DNA from: Cyanophora paradoxa CCMP329
Lineage: Eukaryota; Plantae; Glaucophyta
Assembly (NCBI GenBank): GCA_004431415.1
Contig: QPMI01000143.1
Location: forward strand, 179,045 to 243,044
DNA: 64,000 nt
Direction: 5' to 3'
Both the position numbers and the translations under genes were made by a program. Below, one piece after another: positions 47,701 through 57,186 of this stretch; the stretch's first letter is position 1, and the number at the start of each line of letters is the position of its first letter. The notes beneath the pieces were generated by a model that saw only the letters and a list, made by a program, of their open reading frames with translations, was not told where the DNA came from and searched no databases.

Positions 47701-48094
47701 GTACTGTTGTCGGTACGTGAAAGCGAACGGTGAATCGGACGTGCATGTGCGTGCCAAAGGAATACCAAAAAGCTGGATCGAGGAGAACTGGCTTTCGAGT
47801 GATCCGGAGATGAGGAAGGGGCACCTCGAGTCTCGGGTTGCTTTGGAAGCGTTCAAGCAAATGCTTGAGAGCCGGTATCAGCCGGAGTGCAAAATAGAGT
47901 CTAAACTATCTCGTGTCTTCAAACCGAATGGAAAGCAACGCGAGGAGGGGATAGGTTTTAGTTCAATCATTCAGATTCCATTCAGCAGAGTATTAAATAA
48001 GACGGAATACACAAAGCGAAAGATAATTTCGGATGACTATTACAGCACAGTTCCTCATGAGTACATCAGCCAAAATTCAGGAGGTATACTATGA
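44768..48094 (+). CDS. Protein-primed family B DNA polymerase (pPolB) with long N-terminal extension
   Basis: Exo motifs ADFET, YNGAGFD and YLRADV; YGGRC; DVVSLYPTAM; KIQLNGLYGKF; YTDTDS; GPKVY; RAKGI. Confidence 0.97.
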   Translation: MDRNNLRAEIRSLAQELHTLRYINGTYLNTLMRLADPQRGTHTQNLRANLSTLLRLRQTNRPQRPLYQSWITSHFENERNARIEATREFDEIVEYGISNLFRETGRGDTVLNYTHYAYPGMLFTKDILDIDPTPIPERVKEITIEFLRELRIPEKIGSSVLIRFHFDNFSMYRTQLVTIEEGTMQSLLSNLAEKMEQWMLAQQPYEDNDLWPVVKIEVLIAENAAGALGNVPKLPFNGKALTMNKIYCPISPEDNCVLECFEYVKLNPGRKSLDRIYKQLQRLDYGGIRTQLGLRRGMISVDLPTIKKLSAFYRIDTSVFEFSQGKFKPLFATDLGFEKRAHLCIVEAHCYLIKDKRTTEMEKCSACGKMQFELERHKLTCQFCARCRCAYNPIEDHTNKCVVAIRNKGVIGRKITPCEKESEFTAMDSVIGADFETFPCDGKTHVPYAVDTDIISKGEIVGTKMFYGPETLNKFMLWLDGWTEKTTVVFYNGAGFDLIFIYRWLIENRPDSQVNVMRSSGKIKSMKWKTTAGGELTSFDPCLHIQGSLKQAGKDYGCTTIKGDFDHRKIKTWADVETHKEEWGEYLRADVRSMTELYMKYSSTSFELFGINVNSKQTLTASSMAFQIYRQLMKTELQLPKYSEDQIFRRAIYGGRCLPFKRKFVSKGPDDYLVDLDVVSLYPTAMYFNQFPTGKFKLINEPEALERFRKFMLSRKMEQLFIASISAKIPQDLVLSPLPRHESNLGWSNLKPIEREMYTSVDIYRAIALGVEITEVHEVYLFEGKERMFKDYIEKLYCMKARSRKGAAQYATAKIQLNGLYGKFAQRPVIETTELVSNYRRFKELQRTSTITDIEIESETRMYVTYEVPESKRDACVSKPCFIGAFILSYSREIMDRFLVKMNSYKDIEAMPFYTDTDSLVVHRKFAELVTDCMKRPYSVEGMSEEEANRAICENELGKLDYDIQGHIVEAYFVGPKVYCCRYVKANGESDVHVRAKGIPKSWIEENWLSSDPEMRKGHLESRVALEAFKQMLESRYQPECKIESKLSRVFKPNGKQREEGIGFSSIIQIPFSRVLNKTEYTKRKIISDDYYSTVPHEYISQNSGGIL

Positions 48095-49193
48095 TCCAGA
48101 AACAGGGCTTCAGTCGGCCACACGTATTGCAAAGAAGTTGAAAATACCAGTTTCCAGGGTTAGAGAAGTGCTGGAGAAATTATCGACAGCGCAAAGATTT
48201 GCGAGGCCGCAGAAAGAGAAACCATTCACAAGTATAACATACGACAAAGCAGAGAAATACTACGAAGTGGATCTAATCGACGTGACTCCATACGCCAAAA
48301 CAAACCGCGGCATTCACTTTATAATGAACGCAGTGGATGTAGTGACTCGGAAAGCCTACAGCATTCCAATGAAGAACAAGAGCGAAAGTACACTCCTTTC
48401 AACACTACGGAAACTCATAGATAGTTTTCCAGCCAAGCCGGATATTATTCAGACAGATCAGGAGTTTAAAGCTTCAGCTAGTAGTTTGTTAGAAGCTGAG
48501 GGAATTAAGCACAATGCTGTGGAAGCGCATCGACCACAAGCAAACGGCAAAATAGAAAGATTTAATGGAACTTTGAAGCGAATTATTGCACGGTATATGG
48601 AGGCATATGACACGGATAGGTACATCGACAAGCTGCCCGCATTTGTGCGTAATTATAATTCGTCAGAGCATAGGTCAATTGGTACATCGCCAAACGCTGC
48701 AGCAGAGAATCCGAAGGAAACTATTGCACGCAACGACTACCAGAGAGAAGTGTACGAGCAGCAACACTACCTGAAGGAGGACGAATTTAAAGTAGGCGAT
48801 CGCGTGCGGGTGCAGCTAGAGAAAAAACGTTTCGACAAATCTTCAAAGCCGACGTATTCAAAAGAAATCTATACGATTATGGAGATAGGTGGCTTTGGAC
48901 CGCTGCTCAAATTTACGCTTTCGGGCTACAACAAAGCGGTGAACTACCAGCAACTTTTAAAGGTCCCAGTAGATTCAGAGGAACGTCGTGCGGGAAATGC
49001 AGCACAGCGGGCGCAGCAGCGCAGAAAGAGGGAGCTAAATCTGATGCGAGAGAACTTAGATCGAGTGGACATAGAAAAAAATAAGAGGCTGCTTCGCCTT
49101 CAAAAGCAACTTGCGACAGCTGGAACTGACAAGTTAAATCCTGGTGGAATATTAGAAAGAACAAAGACCAGAAGGTACGTCAAAGAGCTATAA
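48057..49193 (+). CDS. Retroviral-type (rve) DDE integrase of Polinton type
   Basis: YYDPETG N-terminus; EVDLID, QTDQEF and NGKIERFNGTLK (D,D,E); YNSSEHRSIGTSP; FKVGDRVRV SH3-like domain. No chromodomain is evident. Overlaps the pPolB 3' end. Confidence 0.95.
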   Translation: MSTSAKIQEVYYDPETGLQSATRIAKKLKIPVSRVREVLEKLSTAQRFARPQKEKPFTSITYDKAEKYYEVDLIDVTPYAKTNRGIHFIMNAVDVVTRKAYSIPMKNKSESTLLSTLRKLIDSFPAKPDIIQTDQEFKASASSLLEAEGIKHNAVEAHRPQANGKIERFNGTLKRIIARYMEAYDTDRYIDKLPAFVRNYNSSEHRSIGTSPNAAAENPKETIARNDYQREVYEQQHYLKEDEFKVGDRVRVQLEKKRFDKSSKPTYSKEIYTIMEIGGFGPLLKFTLSGYNKAVNYQQLLKVPVDSEERRAGNAAQRAQQRRKRELNLMRENLDRVDIEKNKRLLRLQKQLATAGTDKLNPGGILERTKTRRYVKEL

Positions 49194-49455
49194 CAACACA
49201 TTGTTGGAGAGACTCTAGCAGGGCTAACTTTTCGTAAATTCGACTGCGATAGCGACGATTTGCCTCTAGATGATTCTCGCTGTTGTTCTGCTGGTACCTC
49301 GAGCTGGCTTCAATATGACGTTGACGATAATCAGGATCTTCATTGTAACGACGGCGATGGTATTCTGCACGCTTTGCTTTCCTTGCAGCAGCGATTTCAG
49401 GGGTTACAACAATTGGTTTGCGACCACGCTGTTTAGTTGATGATTCAACATCCAT
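49180..49455 (-). CDS. Small basic helical viral protein, possibly DNA-binding
   Basis: RGRKP motif and R/Y-rich helix; fills the gene-dense layout. Confidence 0.6.
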   Translation of the reverse strand: MDVESSTKQRGRKPIVVTPEIAAARKAKRAEYHRRRYNEDPDYRQRHIEASSRYQQNNSENHLEANRRYRSRIYEKLALLESLQQCVVIAL

Positions 49456-49564
49456 TTCTTTGGTTTTCTCGTCACAAACAATGTGCGAAATCTTTTTATG
49501 GCATAAATCGCAGGTTTGTGTTGCGTTAAAAATCGAACATAAAATCCGAGATATAATTCAAAGA

Positions 49565-49819
49565 ATGGTCGCAGGAACAATTCGATTTGGGAAGTACCGC
49601 GGTGAAACTCATTTGAAGGTTGTTTTAACCGATCCGAAATATGCCGAATGGCTTATGTCTTGGGAACATCTCCGTGAATACGATAAAAGGGAATTGCAGC
49701 GCGCTTTTGAGATATGTCAATTAGAAGAACCAGCGGTAGTTCAGGAAAGGATTGATCGAGCAAAACAGCAAAGAAGACCTACTGTGGAGGATCTAACAGA
49801 TTTGCCTGATTTCGATTAG
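49565..49819 (+). CDS. Small protein with DUF3820/ExoX-C-terminal-like motif
   Basis: IRFGKYRGE....DPKYAEWL motif. Confidence 0.65.
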   Translation: MVAGTIRFGKYRGETHLKVVLTDPKYAEWLMSWEHLREYDKRELQRAFEICQLEEPAVVQERIDRAKQQRRPTVEDLTDLPDFD

Positions 49820-49878
49820 GCAATGCGTTTGCAAGTCTTAAAGAAATATCAATCCGTTATTGTAAAAAGTGAAAGACA

Positions 49879-50505
49879 ATGGGAGGACACAACTATTTCG
49901 GCACACTTGCTCCAAGAGGTCTCTTTAGCACTTCAGATTATAGGGAGGCCACAGAGTCTAGTGATGAGGAAGTTTGTGAGGTGCGCAGACGTGTTCGCTC
50001 TATTCTTTGCAGAGATTGCAATGATGTCTGTGAAAATGAAGCAATGTGGAATCGAAATAACAACAAGTGTCACGAATGTTTTGAAAAGCAGTTTGACAAG
50101 ATTATAACCTCATATGCAGGGGAAACGAGAGAGAAGCAGGAATACGGATGCTTTGATAAGATTTCAATTGTCCGAGAAGCACGTTTGAAGTGTGCGAAGT
50201 GCAATGAATTTACGAGTTGGATACCTCAGCAAGAGCTGATGCAATACAGTGAAAAAGTAGTTTGGAACTGTAACCAGTGCAATCCATCTACGCCGTGGCT
50301 GAAGTTCAGATTTATCGTGTGGTATTGGGTGCCAAATCTAAAGAAAATCATGAAAAATGGAAGGCATGTCTGGGTATTAGCGAAAATGGATGAAATGAAA
50401 CACAAATGTGGATGTTCCAAGTGTGTGGATGCAAATACTGTTGATCGATGTGTCACAGACGAATCCTTCTCCCACCCATCGCATTCTTCAGTTGCGACCC
50501 AGTAG
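49879..50505 (+). CDS. Cys-rich (multi-CxxC) viral hypothetical protein
   Basis: CRDC, CHEC, CAKC, CNQC and CGCSKC pairs. Confidence 0.6.
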   Translation: MGGHNYFGTLAPRGLFSTSDYREATESSDEEVCEVRRRVRSILCRDCNDVCENEAMWNRNNNKCHECFEKQFDKIITSYAGETREKQEYGCFDKISIVREARLKCAKCNEFTSWIPQQELMQYSEKVVWNCNQCNPSTPWLKFRFIVWYWVPNLKKIMKNGRHVWVLAKMDEMKHKCGCSKCVDANTVDRCVTDESFSHPSHSSVATQ

Positions 50506-51082
50506 CATTTGGTTCGAAAACATTTGGAGAAGCAGTTTTAACCTCGGCAGAGTCAAGCGATTGCTCGGCTTTAGCTTTTTCGTTTTTCAAATAGCGTAAA
50601 TCTGGTACGTCCATAGGTCTGTGCTTAAACATCTCGCTTCGCAACATCTCGCGGATCTTAGCTCTTTCTTGCTTGTCTTTTACATACGATTCGATATTAG
50701 CTGATCGAGCCTCGAGATCTCGCAATTTAGCTGTTAGTTCCTCGATCTGACTCTTTGATACTGTTGCTGTCTTGATTTTTGGCCCTGAATAACGTGGTTC
50801 AGACGCCATTGCTTGGATAATTCTAGCAGCATCATCATCAATATCGGACTGCATTTCAGTAACAGTTTTAGCCTGGCTTTGTCGATCGTCAATCGCACTT
50901 GCGTTAGCTGCTGCCGACGCAATTGTTTTCGCTACGGGTGCGTTTAGTTTGGGGTTGCTTGCAAGCTCCCCGCTAGGATCAGCAACAGCTGCGCCTTCAG
51001 TCGACCCACTTTCAACTAGTGGTTCAACAACATTGACCTTGCGTCTTTCACGATATCCCTTCTTAGGAATCCCTTTTGCCAT
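50453..51082 (-). CDS. Viral hypothetical protein with coiled coil
   Basis: 209-aa ORF directly downstream of the ATPase, with an AT-rich motif before the ATG. Confidence 0.65.
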   Translation of the reverse strand: MAKGIPKKGYRERRKVNVVEPLVESGSTEGAAVADPSGELASNPKLNAPVAKTIASAAANASAIDDRQSQAKTVTEMQSDIDDDAARIIQAMASEPRYSGPKIKTATVSKSQIEELTAKLRDLEARSANIESYVKDKQERAKIREMLRSEMFKHRPMDVPDLRYLKNEKAKAEQSLDSAEVKTASPNVFEPNATGSQLKNAMGGRRIRL

Positions 51083-51091
51083 CTTATTTTA

Positions 51092-51895
51092 TTAAGATAA
51101 TATTTTAAAACGCCTTTTTTTAGAGATAACAGGCAATTCTTTTTTAGACTCTTCTTCATTCTTAAGCCCGAAGGGCAAGGAGCCCTCCTTGGGCGACGCC
51201 CACTTTGTAAAACGAAAACTCTTATCTTCAACAGCTTTGTCGACGTACCAGGCCGTATCATACTTGGTCCCATCCAAAACTAAGCACTGATAATTGTGCG
51301 CCCAAGTCTCGAACAAGGCGATGAACTTATCCTTTGGTAGGTGTGAAAAGTCTCGATAAATTGCCTCCAGTTCAGTATGATTAGAGTAACTGAAGAAAAA
51401 ACAATAGTCAGAGTTCGATCTTATAGACTGACTCAAAGCAGTCAATTTTTGCGTCATTAGAATGGTACTGATATTAAAATGACGACCTTGTGTAAAAAGG
51501 CGATTTACAGCCTTGCTATTTCGCAGATCAACAGTTTCAGACGCAGCAACGAGATCATCCAAGACTAGCAATATCTGCGGCGCCGAAGGCAAGGAGCCTT
51601 CTTTGTCTCCGCCTTTCTTTTTGTTTTCAATCAAATTTCGCTGTGAATCAATGATTTCTGCAACAATAGATGGCTGAAAATCGTCGTAAAGCTCTTTAGT
51701 TATTGCAGAATACTCGCCGTTGAATTTGGTGGCGGTAAACACAACAACTCTATTGATCTTTGGATATAACAGTCTAAGTAAATGCTTTGTGCAATAGAAA
51801 GACTTGCCGCTATTGGACTTCGATATAAATAGGGCTTTGAATGGTACCCTCATATCGCTAGGCTGGAACTGTGCGAGCTCGTCTGACCCATCCAT
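51092..51895 (-). CDS. A32-like FtsK/HerA genome-packaging ATPase
   Basis: Walker A SKSNSGKS, Walker B ILLVLDD, and LFTQGRHFNISTILMTQ. Confidence 0.95.
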   Translation of the reverse strand: MDGSDELAQFQPSDMRVPFKALFISKSNSGKSFYCTKHLLRLLYPKINRVVVFTATKFNGEYSAITKELYDDFQPSIVAEIIDSQRNLIENKKKGGDKEGSLPSAPQILLVLDDLVAASETVDLRNSKAVNRLFTQGRHFNISTILMTQKLTALSQSIRSNSDYCFFFSYSNHTELEAIYRDFSHLPKDKFIALFETWAHNYQCLVLDGTKYDTAWYVDKAVEDKSFRFTKWASPKEGSLPFGLKNEEESKKELPVISKKRRFKILS

Positions 51896-51915
51896 CAAAA
51901 AGATAGTCGGTGAAA

Positions 51916-53304
51916 TTAGAGGTTCACCTTACGAAGACCCGCAGCATCAACAATTAGTACAGTGTGAAGGAGAGCTCGAACCTGGACGTAAATCTTGTTG
52001 TTAGCATCGTAAGCAGCAGGGTTCATGATATTCAGGAAGCAGCTGCTGGAGTTCGTCAGATCTACGAAACCAGTTTGAGCAGCATTTCGAATCGATTTGT
52101 CTCCACTAATGCAAAATGGCAAACCCGTCAGCACGTATCTATTCAAAGGAGCGTCGAGATTGGAGCACTTGAAGACATCAGCGATGAGTTCGGCACCTTG
52201 CAGGAGAGGAACGGGCTCGTTTGAATAAAGCCGCTGGCCATTTAATTCGCAGGAAATAGTGATATCGCGAGCATTAGCCTCGGTTTTGAGGACACTGTGT
52301 TTTCCATCAGTTTGGTTCATGTTTGGCTGTTTGCGAATGCTAACGAACAGGCCGTAGCAGAGTCCACTGATTTGAGACAGATTAATCCGGGTGGGCGCAC
52401 CAGCACCAGCATAAGTAATTGAATCAGCATCAACCCAGCCGACATCGGTAGCGGGAATTGCGATTCCAGACGTTTTGACTTTCTCAATCACCTGGGCAAA
52501 AGTGGCCTCATCAACGTTGATACAATGAGCAATAATCTTTGGATTAGAAAGCTCTGGATTGGCAGGGGTGACACTGAGAACATTGGGAGTTATATTCTGG
52601 CCGATGTTTGCAGGGGAAGCAGCGGCAGCTCCAACACTACCAAGGCCATCTTCTTTAGTGGCATCACCGCCGATGGCATATTCCGTTACAAACCTACCAC
52701 CATAGCTGGTTTCAACAAAGCCCTGGGCACGATCACGGAACCAGACCTCGACAGACAGCTCGCCAGAAAGAGCACCAATTGGGAGCACAGAACCCTCCCA
52801 GGGACAGGGGATTTTTACACTGAAAATACCTCCAGCACGATTCGTCCCCTGAGGTGGTGTTCCATGAAGCCAGCCACCTGACCGGTATTTCTTTTTGAGC
52901 TGAGCATCATCATTGTAAATCAGTGCGCTGTGAACAAGCCAGTCCTCGGGGACAATGTAGCTGTAGGAAGCATATTTGATTTCAATTCGCTTGACAAGAG
53001 CACCAACCGATCGCAAATAACCAGTGCGAACCAGGTCAGTGTCACCAGTAAATGCTGTCAGCTCGGGAAGGGTAAACTGGAGTTCGAGCCCCTGAAGGAA
53101 ATTGTATCGGGGCAGGAAATAAGTAACCCTCTTTCCGAAGCAGTCTCCATAGTCATTGCTTGGGTTGACAACAACACGAACAGGCTTGGTTTGGCTCGTT
53201 AGACCCAACATAAGCTCATTGTTCATAAAGAAGTCCTTCGCTTCCTGCGGAGTTGTCAGGAGCTCTTTGAGGCCAAGACGCTGCAAATTCTGAGTAACAT
53301 CCAT
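51916..53304 (-). CDS. Major capsid protein (double jelly-roll)
   Basis: ~460 aa, beta-rich, located between the ATPase and penton. FGKRVTYFLPR..FLQGLELQFTLPEL and the C-terminal IYVQVRALLHTVLIV resemble DJR MCP termini. Confidence 0.8.
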   Translation of the reverse strand: MDVTQNLQRLGLKELLTTPQEAKDFFMNNELMLGLTSQTKPVRVVVNPSNDYGDCFGKRVTYFLPRYNFLQGLELQFTLPELTAFTGDTDLVRTGYLRSVGALVKRIEIKYASYSYIVPEDWLVHSALIYNDDAQLKKKYRSGGWLHGTPPQGTNRAGGIFSVKIPCPWEGSVLPIGALSGELSVEVWFRDRAQGFVETSYGGRFVTEYAIGGDATKEDGLGSVGAAAASPANIGQNITPNVLSVTPANPELSNPKIIAHCINVDEATFAQVIEKVKTSGIAIPATDVGWVDADSITYAGAGAPTRINLSQISGLCYGLFVSIRKQPNMNQTDGKHSVLKTEANARDITISCELNGQRLYSNEPVPLLQGAELIADVFKCSNLDAPLNRYVLTGLPFCISGDKSIRNAAQTGFVDLTNSSSCFLNIMNPAAYDANNKIYVQVRALLHTVLIVDAAGLRKVNL

Positions 53305-53345
53305 CGAATTATATAATTGCAGTGAAAGAAAATAATTCTGGCGAC

Positions 53346-54301
53346 TCAGTTTGACGAATTGATCCAAGGATATGTCTTTGACCTTTTCTGGAGCTGAAGT
53401 TTTGCAAGTTCGTAAACAACATCACCATTGGGTTCGTCAGGACCATAACGAATTTCGAGAATAAATGACACAGGAGCTCCATTTAAATCAGCGATTCGCT
53501 GCATAAAATCGTATATCTCAATAGTCACAGAGTACAGGTCCAGCTTTGAATAAACATACTTATACAAAGGAGTTGCTTCAGTTGAATCATAGTAGGCTGT
53601 TTCGCCTGGACGGAGGGCGCTGGGAATGCTGAGCTTTGAGAAAAAGCCAGGAATTGAAGTATTGGGCATACTGACAAGGTCACCAATTTCAGGAATGCGA
53701 AGTAGCACATGATCATCGGGAGTGACATCGGGTTCATAAGCGCCTTCTATATATTGAATATCGACAGTTAAAGCCTTAGACCGAATCGGTAGAATTGATC
53801 GCAAGCCTAGCAGCTTTGCAGTTCGCTGAGCCCTAGCAACAGCCTGGTAGTTTCTGATTTCCCGCCCACCCAGGTTCGGTGCCAACATCAGAGCAATAAA
53901 GAACTCGAAGCTAGCTGTGAACCTATTGATTTAACTGCTGAATTATACGTGCACGTGATACCAGTCCCCGTCAACCTTTCGTTTATCTTTGTCACAAGCG
54001 AGGTGACGTCGTAATTTCCAGGTGGAATTGTAATGTTATTCCAGGCTCCAAAACCTGGCTGAGGTGGGTCTGGTCCCTCATTTGCAGGATCATATTTGCA
54101 CCAATATATATACGTGTCAAACACTAAATCCTCTGCTGGATCGAGTGCATCAACTGTGCTCATTGTGTTGGGGATCTCAGCAGATACCAGGCGCACGGCT
54201 TTTACATCCTGATAAACTTTAGGCAGTCTTACTTTAAATTTTGAGGTGGATGTCAGCTCATCCGCTTGGTGGCTTGCAATGCAGACGTAGTCCGTCGGCA
54301 T
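53346..54301 (-). CDS. Minor capsid protein (penton) paralogue 1; one frameshift near 53920-53930
   Basis: FKVRLPKVYQDVKAVRLVSAEIPN..ITIPPGNY..KLLGL..DHVLLRI..FFSKL..VTIEIYD..DLNGAPVSFILEI, split over two ORFs. Confidence 0.8.
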
Positions 54302-54328
54302 CTTTTTTATATCAGTTAGAGAATAAAA

Positions 54329-55246
54329 ATGGTCGAAGACAAGCATCGACGCTGCGCCAGGCTCAGCTTTGACAGTAGAGACAGAAGGCCAATCGATTCA
54401 GAGGCAAACTTTGTGCTAGAAATAAATGAACCTATAATCAATCCAGTTGCTGTTCGACTTACCCAGTGTGAGTTCGCAAACAGCCTTTACACGAGCATTA
54501 GAGATGAGTATCTTTCGATCACCTTCCCCAACATTTGGACGGAAAATCTGGCAGTTTTTGAGCCTGGTATAATTACTACTGCAAATATGGGCGAAACAGA
54601 TCTTTACAACTTTGGCCTATCGTTTAAGTTTGAACTGGGGGGAATCGTAATAGCATATTTCAAATTGTTTCGGGACCCAGAGACACTGAAGATGTCTGCC
54701 TATTGCAACCGTTCCTGCACAGTAACCTGCCAGTTCAAAGCTCTATCGAATCTGCTAGGGCTGAACCGAAATGAGCCCCTCCAGCTGTCTCCTATCGTGT
54801 TTGAAGGAGGACAAAGATCAGTAACTGCAGCTGAGCGATATCTCGAGGTTGCTGGCATTCCAGTAACACCTTCACACCCTGAATATGGCGTGGATTTCAC
54901 CGAAAGAATGCGGAGTGAGCCACTTGGTTATGCTGTCGAATTTCCAAAGATAATTGACATGAACAGCGACCAGTATCTATTCCTAGTCTGTGAAGAGCTT
55001 CGACCATTTGCTTCAAAGCTTCGCCGTGGGGCCAAAACAATGTGCAACTACGGGCTTGCTCGAATTCAAATGAGTCAGGACGTTGGCAAATTCGTTTATA
55101 TAAATCAGGATCATCAAAGCGAATGGATCCCCATCGAAGAGCGTCTTGTGCTGACTTCCTTGCGACTGCGCATTGTAGACAGAGATGGTGATGATGTATT
55201 ACTGAATGGATTGCCATGGTCTGGGGAGCTCCAGTTCATCACTTAG
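54329..55246 (+). CDS. Minor capsid protein (penton) paralogue 2
   Basis: FDSRDR..VAVRLTQCEFANSLY..NLLGL..DQYLFL..LARIQM..LRLRIVDRDG..LNGLPWSGELQF; same motif order as paralogue 1. Confidence 0.8.
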   Translation: MVEDKHRRCARLSFDSRDRRPIDSEANFVLEINEPIINPVAVRLTQCEFANSLYTSIRDEYLSITFPNIWTENLAVFEPGIITTANMGETDLYNFGLSFKFELGGIVIAYFKLFRDPETLKMSAYCNRSCTVTCQFKALSNLLGLNRNEPLQLSPIVFEGGQRSVTAAERYLEVAGIPVTPSHPEYGVDFTERMRSEPLGYAVEFPKIIDMNSDQYLFLVCEELRPFASKLRRGAKTMCNYGLARIQMSQDVGKFVYINQDHQSEWIPIEERLVLTSLRLRIVDRDGDDVLLNGLPWSGELQFIT

Positions 55247-55376
55247 GGAAAGTCGCCAGAGTTGCAGACAAGCAGCGACCGCTGCGCCAAACTGATTTGA
55301 AAAGTCGCAGACAAGCCGCTCGCTCGGCTGCGCCTGGGTTGCGCCCCGTTTTATTTCTTGGCACAATATATAAAAA

Positions 55377-55709
55377 ATGTCGCAGTTGATGCCCATAGCT
55401 CAGATTGAAAAGTACTTACCGTTGATGCGGGACAAAAAAGTATCACTTGTTGCGATTGGAGATAAGCCAAGCACACAAACAAACCTAGGTTTTCTGCAAG
55501 CTTACCGCCGATTTGGTCCTGACGGAATCAAAAAGGAGCTCGCAACCAGAAACACAACTTGGTATCAGCGAAGAGAGAATTACATTAAGAGGCGACTGGG
55601 AGGGCGTAATGGAGCACCATTTTGGGAGAAAGATAAATCTGGCAGAACTATTCCAACACGTCTTGGACTCTCTCTGATTTCCTGGGCATTCATGCCGCCG
55701 CCTAATTAA
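55377..55709 (+). CDS. Small viral hypothetical protein
   Basis: GFLQAY..WYQRRENYIKRR..PTRLGLSLISWAF, a pattern I associate from memory with small large-DNA-virus proteins; TATATAAAAA precedes the ATG. Confidence 0.65.
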   Translation: MSQLMPIAQIEKYLPLMRDKKVSLVAIGDKPSTQTNLGFLQAYRRFGPDGIKKELATRNTTWYQRRENYIKRRLGGRNGAPFWEKDKSGRTIPTRLGLSLISWAFMPPPN

Positions 55710-57186
55710 TGTAACGTCCCCGGAAATCAAGCCGGAATGCATTCACATTTATAAATTCGTTTGTTATAATTTGCACATAGTTATATACCTGTGGGGTGAA
55801 CAAATGCGAGTCACTATGCATTAGATCGAAGCCTGCCATTGTTGGGTTCGCAGCAAGCACATTTGCTAGGACCGTATTTTCAAAAAGCCTCCCATCTTGG
55901 ACATATCCTAAGTTGGTCAGAATGCTGAAATTAAATAGGACTCCGGCAGCAAATGCTGGCCCATACATAATGATTTGATGTAGCTCAAAAGGCTTGGGAA
56001 ACTCGACTTTAATCCAGGGATTAGGTAAAGTGCCCCCTTGGAACCCTGTTGAGTTGGGTCGCACATGAGAAGGTGGGTGCAATTCCTCAAAGTCGTTGCT
56101 TGTAATGTTTGCATCTGGAATTATAAACCAGTTGACATCAAATGGCGGCTCAACTGTTAAAGTAGACGATATGATTAGTCTCTCATCGTTCAGTAGGTCA
56201 TAGTTCGCCAGTAGAAAGCTGCAGAGTGCATTTATTTTAGCATTTATTTCGATTTGTTTCAGCCATAAATCTGTCGTGGAAATCAAATAAGAAATATTCG
56301 ATGGGGAGGCATCGTCAAGCTTGCTCATGACTGCAGCTGGTAGCGGAACACTTAAACGCCAGTATCTTGTTAGATTCCTATCCGCATCAACTGGAAGCAG
56401 TTCCTGCATTTGAAAGTGCGATTCCAGCTCGCTACCAGCCATTAGCATAGAAATGATTGGGCTGCCTGAGAGGGATAGGATCCAGCCCAGTGCGCCCCAG
56501 CCTGACGTCTCCGAATTCGAAAAGCCTGCAGTCAATTGCTCACTGGCTTGGACTTCACCACAGCTAATGCTCACAAGAACAATTGGATCTTCTGCATCGT
56601 AAATTTTACTGGCGTGGCTGAGTGCAGCAACTGAGGGATTATTCAAACAGGCAATTGCCCCGTCAACAAGGTTTTTGTCCCCTAGAACCTTCGGTGGAAA
56701 GAATGTAGGCGCTGCAGAAGATGCTCTCACTGCATCACGAATCAGCGTGCTTGAATATGGCCCATCCTTCGTAAAAACTACGGGCTGCATCCGAACTGTA
56801 TCAAACGCTGTTATTAATACATCTTTTGTCGATTCTGCAATTGTGTAGTCCTGGGCAACGTCTGTGAGCACCGACTCCAGAGGGTTTGCATCATAGCGGC
56901 TGCCTGAGAGCAAGCTTGTCAGTGATCTTGGATTTGCAAATATTGTTGGCAGGTTCGTTTGATATAGACTCAAGATATCACCTGCAGAATATCGGTAAGC
57001 GAGAACAGAGCCTGGAGTTGATGGAATAGCCAAACCGGCCGCTATTATCGCCCCTGTTGAGGTGCCTGCAAAGAAATCAAACAGCTGTGGTATTGCTTTC
57101 CCAGTAATCGCCTCAATCCGCTGTAGAATTCGGGCAATGACTATGCCACGAGCACCTCCACCTGATAGTGAGAGAATGACCTTCAT
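55702..57186 (-). CDS. Patatin-like phospholipase with C-terminal discoidin/F5-8-like beta domain
   Basis: LSLSGGGARG, GTSTG nucleophile elbow, ASSAAPTFF, VDGA; C-terminal PWIKVEFPKPFELHQI..FRLDFRG. Confidence 0.9.
   Translation of the reverse strand: MKVILSLSGGGARGIVIARILQRIEAITGKAIPQLFDFFAGTSTGAIIAAGLAIPSTPGSVLAYRYSAGDILSLYQTNLPTIFANPRSLTSLLSGSRYDANPLESVLTDVAQDYTIAESTKDVLITAFDTVRMQPVVFTKDGPYSSTLIRDAVRASSAAPTFFPPKVLGDKNLVDGAIACLNNPSVAALSHASKIYDAEDPIVLVSISCGEVQASEQLTAGFSNSETSGWGALGWILSLSGSPIISMLMAGSELESHFQMQELLPVDADRNLTRYWRLSVPLPAAVMSKLDDASPSNISYLISTTDLWLKQIEINAKINALCSFLLANYDLLNDERLIISSTLTVEPPFDVNWFIIPDANITSNDFEELHPPSHVRPNSTGFQGGTLPNPWIKVEFPKPFELHQIIMYGPAFAAGVLFNFSILTNLGYVQDGRLFENTVLANVLAANPTMAGFDLMHSDSHLFTPQVYNYVQIITNEFINVNAFRLDFRGRYIN

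Noticed and set aside
48033-48094. pPolB-integrase fusion by frameshift
   Set aside because: pPolB ends with a normal KR..T.P..Y-type terminus and the integrase has its own ATG at 48057; a simple overlap suffices.
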